From positions 4,955 to 68,954 of the IMG/VR virus record IMGVR_UViG_3300006752_000025: a stretch of 64,000 nt of DNA; one strand, written 5' to 3'. Origin of the DNA: a virus. A model generated the notes under the pieces. It was given only the letters and a program-made list of their open reading frames with translations, was not told the origin of the DNA and ran no database searches. Of this stretch, positions 32,001-39,200 are shown piece by piece. A program made the translations under genes and the position numbers. The stretch's first letter is position 1. Every line of letters begins with the position of its first letter.

Positions 32001-33178
32001 TAGAAAGTTTAATCATGACAGTTACAACATCTGCACATGCAAATGGTAGTATACAAAGTTCTAATGTAACAGTGAACTCATTCTCAGCAACAGAAAGTAG
32101 CATGACACTTGATTCAGATATATTAGTACAAAAAGGTTCAAAAGTCACAGTGACAAATGTTGACAATGGTAACAGCAATATAAAATACACATTAAATGCA
32201 GTAGTGTCGCAAGTAGCAGATGCAAGTATTCAATTAGAAGGCGCATTCAATGATGTAAACTTTGCAAACTCGATATCAAATGTAAAAATAGTAACAGTAC
32301 CTGTTAGTCCAAGTGCAAAAGAGGTAGTTTACAGAGTACACAATAATTTACTTGGCGGAACTGATTATGTTCGTATTAGAGATAAGACCAGTACTTATCT
32401 TACATCAAATATTGAAATTAATAGTAGACAAATTAAACTTAACGATGGTTCGTTCTTGCCTCAACCTACTTCCACAACACCAGGTATGGTTTGGGTAGGC
32501 TCCGAAAGAATACATTATGGAAGAAAAGTTGGCAATACACTAAGCATGTTAACCAGAGGCGTATTTGGAACAAGTATAGAAACGCACACAGTTAACACAC
32601 CAGTGTACAGTTCTCAGACATTAGATCACTTTAATGATCTCAATCCTGAATCAAATATTTGGCTTGACTTAGGCATAATTTATGATGAAATACGTGCTAA
32701 GTATGATGAAATACAAGCAGGATTAGATGGAGTGTTAGGCACAGGTGATGATATCTATGATGCTTGGGACGCAATTGAAGCAGGAAATATTACAACAACA
32801 GTTGTAGATGCAGTAGTTAATAGTGCAAACAGTACAGTTGCAAATGTTACACTACAATCTAGCATGACATTATCAGTTGGTGAAGCAGTAAGATTAACAA
32901 ATCAAAGCAATGCAAATGTATACGAAGTTGTAAGCATTACAGCAATTAATGGTAATGATATTGAAATAGAAGCAAGTTATACTGATACATTAGATACAAA
33001 CTTGTTTGTAGTAAACGCAACAATAGACTTCAAATCATTTGACTACGGCGACCAAGCAGTAGATCAATTATGGGATGCCGCAGAAGTTATTAGTAATGTG
33101 TCATTAAGTTTAGCAGACAGAGCAAATGTAGACTTTAATAATCAATACAGTATTATGAAGTTCTTACATAACTTATAA
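23021..33178 (+). CDS. Giant virion/baseplate structural protein, C-terminal part (3385 aa)
   Basis: TTG start with SD. Carries motifs I recognise as the C-terminal part of this giant baseplate family (WDPFKG, VGKVWWDTSTVKY, FPGSSITVCEWVES, YYYWV, WAFKTSY, EEVKPFSSKIREY, PEEL, GSERIHY...LTRGVFGT) plus GSGY repeats. Confidence 0.8.
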   Translation: MAVENYTTTDSIEIDSQVGNLNPYSWPGFELLFHDWQKLNGSDLNTGRSLTNFTSDLRELEELWGVWNSGNFATAQELADPTGYRKSLFEWTLTYTNPSQNPWTEIPAQNFFNNFRSVGFDFPTTRTINPIPIFNEDRTYVSQSNSREAWYKNFIKYSRLKDMGSLNFRQAVFRGYHNNNNTDYLQSTFKPANFFETIFNRDVKVQLLDRWADTILNADPYTQMPGMPAGISQRDYAFYELQLARILTGSFFNTSVFNDMSLARAEYISPAWIYENVEVGNPAYIPGAQNAFGSIGGKIQAGVGLSPIIPWTSEYWKQNGDLWRYMRAEYIKIWHESAQHKAFAYWHYKLNGKDWNKAISKTPMLKNSGQPGVGHYGLIYNAKGIEYNFVNRFTNWKTYRGVSESDFETLEGPPTDYERIYADFTDSENFDGSWTTVGSNYINTGSSSAESAPATRIYTKLTTEIPDTTVLPYEPEVSITGSKLGLSCLGTPLGSMYVGASDAEGRKPVTCSEALAHCLTLNAYWGGESQQDAINRCVELQKGNDTPLTNYNYKKGVVDDNASIKEKYFAAFNPEQLGSVKAGNNSPFYAKPYSGNKFIPSTAKAPKRIKLSELQEVGFSQELSTDRYVNQTTQRVSGGFVIPLAKKLTTIARESTPLQSYDANEEPWAKNLQNLLNLNKTSRTISYQPVKVGSQYYVNGQPVSNITSGTPKTEDSITVPFDDTPTIPTTSQPASPSPGFSATQEEDVFIPEPLEYAEPFDDIKYNNVQMLDITPLEFGPGGFLEPAGPPARVEFRAPVPSVTIPQGDLTGLSRGSELLLNGRKVIFRGNGVIDIATQVNCLRSGIRAEVSVGSDGGEEIVLSSCDGMPFNIANGCGSGKYKQVGDFHINRGFEQRADNHKTIAKTANATIFSANDVIGGTYPVTKGTQSSTKPYPQSYLKTELIDQGRSPFLSLRHTPDELDDPENATIDELLKAKYYDFDPDPNLERFVEYVPKEEELRAMGFKKGEAPNVWLPQVTETESNVSVYSTGGSGYAIGDRLRLVGGTPVQDPRGPLTMICIDSAGAGYTDPNYIQIVIDSSGNNGEGSGIGAAAVVRTLDENGGIASIELLNGGFGYDYNSPPEVTVIDYSPKVAVSETINDAWTPQLTVVPNTLYKVTREVQEFDVNGNATGTTEIFDKFVRSVRPATIGESHTIPIVSLNRNPDGSLTDNREDRGYGNADVGLGGMTSLQGVYWVDPDVEPHVRQAERARIVLNNNGLMNGLDIGEALRTQSYVEIGHYPISDDVTKILDANVTYANVFGNSGNANDTHHSLVLNNVDGIEVGDLVVNTTYDADEDRGDIDLANTTRWHGYVTSVDENTDTVVIELESNHWRKQAYDSTFTYSDPGDNSLDYKAGDTITFGHKRYTLFWVPKSLQIESLETPPTIGASEMIPGNTYTIKNRGFVDWRDYGCNEEKPPVGTTFVMTGDASAETSGAVYDDNYMVDSVIRKENDQYGAFNFSPYFFEIQHQTFVSGEAVNAVFPRHTRISIEARSTWITDYNTPPEYEQGVDWWTETVNPNMQKVPAKLSALIGIDPASLGVDRTGLADLLSPNAEMSADSKGMEGPLRVAKFIVNGIDDSGGITSLKCIDRGLYEIFPSDLTYGIPLEYDYEPIGFSGQITKTEPFLENFFSSKAKVLGIGDPSRNNIFYSDIEDSYNIIQGFSATIDNEIVEAGGKTGVDVHPEYAEGTVFNETGTLPEYGTNFKHPDWIKYPEFIYTGFPRDPNGTTEDKLKWVKYNGSPGAYDPSVFVLVDYEPLLTSWPTPPTDAKQWETFAEQAYNLGLLLRKEYAIEFDPNATIIDEDGNEVNNYGKYMKPKVVPGGTGARVFLTSQNVPNCNEKGTIKEQLNLPDVVQEINAPADIARRMRDAFSGVGYDPDDLNATIDDGRDIVPLTIKTSYPGIRVQSPTGDPQGPVEIPLGDYNVASYCIEGTIDVGGLSQNAATDLYKRKVQELIDSGQLGVLEADQIRALVGPDRNVSDDAVVMTMLCVDTVGRPPQPTTNGNDQAGNPINFERFPLNDNNSLFGDGDAESWMEVYEYDLQTLQGGNVFLTGSSNQVTPVMVFESKRFNDNNILAIGEEVDSQNIYVQEPKAWVDNFVSTEANISLDAMPGFIQGGWAYLEYGVPIRWQTELVDVDYIQNSIIYDPETGNKEFDLNLWDPFKGVLPGFMDNEIHYITDIDPVNYNSARTLFGKDQVGKVWWDTSTVKYTWYEQGPLEERAKNWGRAFPGSSITVCEWVESKSLPQNWTGDGTPRWTNQYVTERRLDTNGEYKQMYYYWVMNRTKVDNRSKRDLGRKVDTRTLARYIANPIGYGIKLLTAISNDTLVLSNVDKDIDQEVNLQVNINNSKNNEGINHTAWKLLRENDDSNKIPDFLIEKLIDSICGQDILGNMVPANNLSEIEKYGIAVRPRQTMFCDIKEARRLLVSKLNEILADTKLNTEYKNWNIGLSTNLNYVNTVNYYETIRVDEQTNQKIRYNDSYKPTYKVASIEEMDRLTDLPDATVVQVQYKNSRESKLFLYNAPLTQFDLVSIKDETIEFSDRVYIDEPNTGLALELREVLTALINNVFATNGRINEIFFELMKFAYLEQGELSWAFKTSYVYIEKEESDLIKFNGFKPDNFEKVLSYMEEVKPFSSKIREYKDGKKTPIDIIGQNALTDFDKPPYVDPITNSIRILDDFDREDSEIMRQHKRYVDYYKQRLEDMSTNPLRKVKSTLVFDRTNWRLTTSEWDKSNVTLSDSIGQNIANLNLLSNANITARTSTLVPANATIRATDRIFKYDQEVQNMFASEVNAYFNTANASANLNIIGNAELMSNMVEANRLNGTFALIKDKVGGNFRGEELDGYNFTTIPDDIYYTTEKITEFGYSSLPYDDNTDKDTSIIIDNEYGTTTVGTGDLTWDRIVELQEYEGVFKGNATIRRDGNIKEGFDGITFQRVGYGEERPEELALLDPLESLIMTVTTSAHANGSIQSSNVTVNSFSATESSMTLDSDILVQKGSKVTVTNVDNGNSNIKYTLNAVVSQVADASIQLEGAFNDVNFANSISNVKIVTVPVSPSAKEVVYRVHNNLLGGTDYVRIRDKTSTYLTSNIEINSRQIKLNDGSFLPQPTSTTPGMVWVGSERIHYGRKVGNTLSMLTRGVFGTSIETHTVNTPVYSSQTLDHFNDLNPESNIWLDLGIIYDEIRAKYDEIQAGLDGVLGTGDDIYDAWDAIEAGNITTTVVDAVVNSANSTVANVTLQSSMTLSVGEAVRLTNQSNANVYEVVSITAINGNDIEIEASYTDTLDTNLFVVNATIDFKSFDYGDQAVDQLWDAAEVISNVSLSLADRANVDFNNQYSIMKFLHNL

Positions 33179-33202
33179 TTTATAACAGTAGTTAATAAAA
33201 GT

Positions 33203-33210
33203 GATAAATA
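33203..33210 (+). promoter_or_regulatory. Late promoter GATAAATA
   Basis: 5 nt upstream of ATG 33216; the track's GTG start at 33201 overlaps the motif. Confidence 0.75.
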
Positions 33211-33215
33211 ACAGC

Positions 33216-33905
33216 ATGAGCGAAGAAAAAACAACAGAGGATCAAAAAGAAATGAGCAGTGCAGAGCAACCTAACGAAAATATGGGACTTAATGTTAGTG
33301 GTCATATTTTGATCCGCGACAAAGATACTGGTGAAGAAATAGTTAATAAAAGAAATGCTATTCACTATGGAAACATGGCATATATTGTTGCTCAAGCATT
33401 AAAAGGCTATGAAGATTCTTCAAATGCTCGAAATAATTCTTTTATTCATTATATGGCATTTGGTAATGGTGCAACCAGCATTGATACTTCAGGTAAAGTA
33501 CAATACAAAACACCTAGAGTAAATGATTCATATGAAACTGGTGCTAACCTATACAGTAGAACATACAAAAAAGAAATTAGTAAGCATGATTCAAATACTG
33601 ATGCAGACGATAACAGAATTGAAATTATTAACGGAGCAAGTTACACTGATCTAAAAATAATTTGTACATTAGGTTATAACGAGCCTGCAGACCAAGATAT
33701 ATTTGATAGCAGTACAACAAACGAAGGCGATTATATTTTTGACGAATTAGCATTATTTACATTTCCTACAAATCCTACACCTTCAGATGGCAGTGATCCT
33801 ATAGATACTAGTACTATGCTTACACATGTTATTTTTCACCCAGTGCAAAAAAGCTCGAATAGAATTATAGAAATCATATACACAGTAAGAGTACAACTAA
33901 GTTAA
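33216..33905 (+). CDS. Virion structural protein (putative baseplate-fibre attachment)
   Basis: GHILIRDKDTGEEIVNKRNAIH...YIFDELALF...MLTHVIFHPVQKSSNRIIEIIYTVRVQ; between baseplate and fibre genes. Start moved to ATG 33216. Confidence 0.65.
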   Translation: MSEEKTTEDQKEMSSAEQPNENMGLNVSGHILIRDKDTGEEIVNKRNAIHYGNMAYIVAQALKGYEDSSNARNNSFIHYMAFGNGATSIDTSGKVQYKTPRVNDSYETGANLYSRTYKKEISKHDSNTDADDNRIEIINGASYTDLKIICTLGYNEPADQDIFDSSTTNEGDYIFDELALFTFPTNPTPSDGSDPIDTSTMLTHVIFHPVQKSSNRIIEIIYTVRVQLS

Positions 33906-33916
33906 GAGGAAAGTGA

Positions 33917-36295
33917 ATGCCATACGTATTTGATAACAGAAACGGCGACTCGATTACAATCGCAGACGGAAGTCTGAACCAAGACTTTTCTATTGATTTA
34001 GTCGGACGTAATTATGAAAACTACGGTGAAGTTTTTGCAAGATCTTTTGTAGATTTGCTTGATAACTTTGCAACGGATACAACACCACCGGTAAACTCAA
34101 TTGATGGTCAATTATGGTATGATAAAACATACAAAACTTTGAGAGTGTTTGATGGCGTTAACAGTGTATGGTTACCTACAAGACCTATAATCAGTGCAAC
34201 TAATCCTACTAATTTTCAAGGGCAAAATGCTGACGGTACATTCTTTTATGATACCACAACACAGCAATTAAATATTTCTCATAACGGTATATACAAATTA
34301 GCAGTTGTACCTGGAGAAGTAAATTCAGGATATAACGGTATTGCCGCATTAGGTAGTCCTCTACAATATGGTACAAAATTAAGAACAATATTTTTAACTG
34401 ATGATGCAGGTGTACAACGTGCAGTCATGGCAGTTATATACGAAAATTCCAGCACACTATCTGCAACTAAGCCAGGTGGTGAAACAATCATAGCATTGTT
34501 TAATGACCATGCAGAATTTACAGCCGATGATGTAAACAGTTTTTCAAATGATGAAACTATTAATTGGTATGATCAATTAAACGAATCTGGTGGTATTGGA
34601 TTAACTATTCGAAAAGGGTTAAATTTAAGAGCAGATAATAAGACTAGGGTAGAAGTAGCAAATGTAGCAGATAGGGCAAATACTTCTTATGCACTTAACG
34701 TAGGAAGTTATGGTAACGATGCTGGTAATATATCAGCAGGACAAGTATTTTATAATGCACAACACAATTTACCATTAGCAAATGCAACTTACGATTTAGG
34801 TGACACTTCATTACAATTTGCTGAAGTATTTTCACAAGACTTTATAGTTGGTAATTCTATAACAACTGGTGGCGCAGACAATGTTACTATTGGTGAAGAT
34901 GCTAATGTAATAGATCATATCTATGTGAATGATATCACTATCAAAGGTGATATAAGCACTGACGGTGGTGATTTTGGTAGTGAAGCAGAGCCAATTGGTA
35001 ACGCATACTTTGGAAATGTTAATGTAGCAAATGTAATAACCACTGGTACACACGGTGGCGATGGCTATGCTTTCCCAACATCAGATGGTGCCAGAGGACA
35101 GCAACTATTCACAAACGGTTCCGGGCAACTGTTTTTCCGCAGACCAGCAAGTAGTCTAACAAATTTTGTTGCTAGTGGTGGTACTGTATCAACAGAAACA
35201 ACAACTACTGTAGACGGTATAGACGAGATCACAGTAACACTTGATATTGGTGCAGGACAAGGTATAACTGTCGCACCGGATGAAATCATTGTAGACATAG
35301 ATGAGTTTAATACAGACGACTTAGCAGAAGGCTCAACAAACTTATACCATACTACATCAAGAGTAAGATCTGCAATTAGTGCCGATGATACTGGCGGAGA
35401 CGGAAGTTTCTCATATAATCAAGCATCAGGTGTATTCACATATACAGGTCCAAGTGCTTCAGAAGTAAGAGCACATTTAAGCGATGGTGCTGGAATCACA
35501 TATGATAATACCACTGGTGTAATTAGTTTTTCTAAAACTGTATGGCTAGACTCAGTTAATCCAGGAAAAGGTTTGAAATATTCTGATACGGCAACCAGTC
35601 CTGTAACGGATGACGGATTATCATTAACAACAACCATAATTGATGTTGGTGGTGGCTATGGTATAACTGTAAATGCAGATAACATAGAAGTAAGTAATGC
35701 AGATATTAGAGGATTGTTTAGCGGTGGTAGTGATATCAGTGTTAGTAGCGAAGGTGTAATAACTAACGATGCGCCTGATCAAACTGTAGTATTAACAGGT
35801 TCCGGTAAAGTGTCAGTAACAGGTACTTATCCATCCTTTGCTATAGCCGGTGCGGCTACAACACCAAATGAAATATTTGGCGGTATAACATACAGCACAG
35901 GTCTTTCATATAACAGTTCAGCACAACAATTGAATTTTACTGGTGAAGTATTAGGTGACTTAAATGTATCTGGTGATATATGTGCATTTGATACATCAGT
36001 TACCAGTGATAGGCAGTTCAAAGACAACATAGAATTAATTGTAAATCCAGTAGATACAGTAAAATCATTAAGGGGAGTCACCTTTGATTGGAACGAACAA
36101 TCTGGCAAAAGTGGACACGATGTAGGAGTAATTGCACAAGAAGTTGAAGAGATTTTACCTGAAGTAGTTAAAACAGACGAAGATACTGGTGTTAAATCTG
36201 TAGCATATCACAAACTTGTTCCCGTACTCATAGAAGCCGTTAAATCACTTAGCAATGAGATTGAAGTTCTTAAGAAGGAACTAGGGAAAGAATGA
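33917..36295 (+). CDS. Tail fibre protein with C-terminal Peptidase S74 intramolecular chaperone
   Basis: N-terminal anchor LVGRNYENYGE..LLDNFA..P..GQLWYD; fibre repeats TDDLAEGSTNLYHT, GITYDNTTGVIS; C-terminal SDRQFKDNI..LRGVTFDW..DVGVIAQEVEEILPEVV..VAYHKLVPVLIEAVK; GAGGA SD. Confidence 0.88.
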   Translation: MPYVFDNRNGDSITIADGSLNQDFSIDLVGRNYENYGEVFARSFVDLLDNFATDTTPPVNSIDGQLWYDKTYKTLRVFDGVNSVWLPTRPIISATNPTNFQGQNADGTFFYDTTTQQLNISHNGIYKLAVVPGEVNSGYNGIAALGSPLQYGTKLRTIFLTDDAGVQRAVMAVIYENSSTLSATKPGGETIIALFNDHAEFTADDVNSFSNDETINWYDQLNESGGIGLTIRKGLNLRADNKTRVEVANVADRANTSYALNVGSYGNDAGNISAGQVFYNAQHNLPLANATYDLGDTSLQFAEVFSQDFIVGNSITTGGADNVTIGEDANVIDHIYVNDITIKGDISTDGGDFGSEAEPIGNAYFGNVNVANVITTGTHGGDGYAFPTSDGARGQQLFTNGSGQLFFRRPASSLTNFVASGGTVSTETTTTVDGIDEITVTLDIGAGQGITVAPDEIIVDIDEFNTDDLAEGSTNLYHTTSRVRSAISADDTGGDGSFSYNQASGVFTYTGPSASEVRAHLSDGAGITYDNTTGVISFSKTVWLDSVNPGKGLKYSDTATSPVTDDGLSLTTTIIDVGGGYGITVNADNIEVSNADIRGLFSGGSDISVSSEGVITNDAPDQTVVLTGSGKVSVTGTYPSFAIAGAATTPNEIFGGITYSTGLSYNSSAQQLNFTGEVLGDLNVSGDICAFDTSVTSDRQFKDNIELIVNPVDTVKSLRGVTFDWNEQSGKSGHDVGVIAQEVEEILPEVVKTDEDTGVKSVAYHKLVPVLIEAVKSLSNEIEVLKKELGKE

Positions 36296-39200
36296 GTGGT
36301 GGAGCAATTGATCGAATAAATGGCATTTGTAGTTCAGAGATAAAAACAAAATTATCTGACTGCTTTCCTGCTTCGAACAACCCAAACTGTATAGGCCAGT
36401 ACAGAGGCCTAAGATATTATGATTCTAGTATTGGCGATGATGTAGTCTTACCAACTGGAAAAATCTGTTTCAGTGATTTTGAAAGCAATTCTTGTTTACC
36501 CACATGTGTATTTAATAGTCCCCTTATCGAATATTTGCAACATCCAGTTAGCGAATTTGATGGAATAGTAGGCGCAACACAAAAACTCACTGCTCAAGCA
36601 AGAGTAACATTTAGATCTCAGTCTGGTTCATGTCCACAGCATGTAAATGAAGACCCTGGATATATTTGGCAAATGAAAGCACCAGGAGGTGCATTTCAAA
36701 ATATAAACCTAGGTAGCGATTCACGATTTAGTGCTGATTATTCCAATGCCGCTCAAGGTCTAGTGACTTTAAGCATTCTTAATTCTCAAAATACACTGCA
36801 TAACCATGAATTTAGAATGCTCACTATTGCACAAGTACTGGGAACACAGAATTTTGATCTCGAAGGCGAGTATGATAGATATACAGTTGTTGCACAGTCG
36901 TCGGTGTACTCCAATGCAAGTACATTAAAGTATAAAGTAATAGAAGATCCTCTTGATCCAATAATCACAGGTAATGTTTTAAGCACTGGAGCATTGAGTA
37001 TAAACTATTGTGTACGCGAAGACGAATATCGTGGCGGTGGAACATATCAGTTTGAAGTTAGAAATTTATTTATAGGTGTTCCCCCTGATGCTAAATGGAG
37101 TGGCGTACTCAGCAGTGTAAATGTTGAATTACAATATTACGATACAGGTGCTGTTTGGACAAGATTTAGGGGTGACCCTAATGGCATGGATTATCCAGTA
37201 GATGCAAAAATATCAGTAGATCTTCCAAGTTTCGGACAAGCAAATGGCCTTATTGCACTAGAGTCAAGAACTGGCGTACACGAAGCATGGCAAGGTGCCG
37301 GCATTTATTTTCAACAATTAGAAGACTGGTTCAACTGGGCACAACAACAACCAGATCAAACAGGTTATGTGAGAGCAAAAGTAAGTGCCACTATAACATG
37401 GACTCATAATATTACTGGAGAAACAACTACCACAGATAGAATAAAATATTTTGGCGGAAATGTTGGTTTAACAATTAATACACAAAATGTTCCAGAATGT
37501 GAGTTGTCAGGACCGTTCATCAGTGAAATCAGAGTGTTAGATATGCAAGGTAACCCAATCATGTCTCACACCGAAGGCGATACTGTCATTCTTGAAGCCA
37601 AGGTTGAAAACTACATGAGAGATGGACAGTTCACTGCTAAAGAATTATATGACGATCCCAACGACAGTTTCGATTTTGGTAATGTATATTATGTAGTGTT
37701 TTCCACTCGGAACAACAATCGATCTGGCTTCGATGGACTTTTTGGTCTCTCTAATAATGAAGGTTCGGAAGTTGATGCAAACGGTATTGCCAGATTAACA
37801 TATACCACAGAAAAAGATAATAGATTCAATGGTGAATACGGTATATGGGGAGATTTTAATGGTACAATTCATGAAAAGGTCAGAAACTTAATTCCAATAT
37901 GTGGTACAATTTATGCTGGACCTAAAGTAGGTGCAGGGCCTTACCCACCAGTTGCATTTCCTTTTTCTGAATGTCATGACTTTTTTGCAAGAGAATTAAA
38001 TCGTCCGGAACAACTTTATTTAGATTCTGATAAACAAAAAACTGGAAATCCTATGCCGCCATCAGGACATTCCGTTGTTGACGAAGGCGGCGAAGTAAAT
38101 TATTATGTTTGGGGTAGAAATGTACAAAGTTGGGATAACAGTTTTGAAAATTATGAAGGATACAATGTATTGCCCAATCCGTTTGGTTCCTTTTCTATAT
38201 CGGGCCTCAATGACACAGATGATTTAGCAACTGGTAACAGAACAGGTTCGTATAATTTAGTTTACAATAATAACTACCCCAGAAACGGAAAAGATGGTAG
38301 ATACGAAGCAAGATTTACTGTGATAACCAGAGAAGACCCAGATCACTACGAAACTAAAATAGGAAGACTAGCATTATTTAATGCTAGAGGACTTGGAAAA
38401 ACTCTTGCTCCAGGCGATGGCACTGTGCGTTTAGAAATACTTAACACAGACAGTCAGTATACTGCTCCAACCTATGGAGATATAATTGGTGGACAAACAT
38501 ATTGTATTCCTGATGGTGTACCAATAGAAGAAATATTTTATACAATGCAGATGTTAGGAACCGGCACATATATTAATAGAAGTGGTCCTTTCAATGATGG
38601 AATAAACACTGAGCGTTCCTGGCACAGTGGCGTACCTGATGAATACGCAGATAGATTAGAATTCTTCATGACTCCACAAGAAATCATGACCATGAACAGG
38701 CAATTAGTTACCCACACTTATGTAAATGATGAAGCCCAACTGAACCATGTAGAAGATCGATTCTTTACTGTGATTGGTAGAATCACTGTTAATTCTGGAA
38801 TTATATCTTTCCAGGCTATTCCAGATGATGGAATCCGATTAGGACCTGAAATGGGTTTCTTTATGTCTGGTACATCTACTTATTCAGTTAAAGATAACTT
38901 TACTGGAGAGCAATTTAATGGTGTAGGTAGTATTCGACTCGCGATGGGAGCAGATCATTTCAGAGATAGACCTTGTCCAAGTAATCCAGGTAACCCTGAT
39001 GCAGGCACATTCCTAAGATGGGAATGTAGAGATACATCAGGTAACGCAGGAACATTTGGATTTGAATTATATAAAATTACAGCAGACGGCAGTGGCGGCG
39101 AGATTTCTACATTTGAAAGATCAAATGACACTCAGGTATGTGGTTATAACGATGATCCAGGTGGCGACCCAGAATCAAATTACCCAGAATGTCAAAGATA

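Noticed and set aside
33201-33215. Track start codons at 33201, 46855, 47124, 51160 and 62682
   Set aside because: Downstream ATGs (33216, 46885, 47145, 51172, 62745) fit promoter spacing or stop/start overlaps better.
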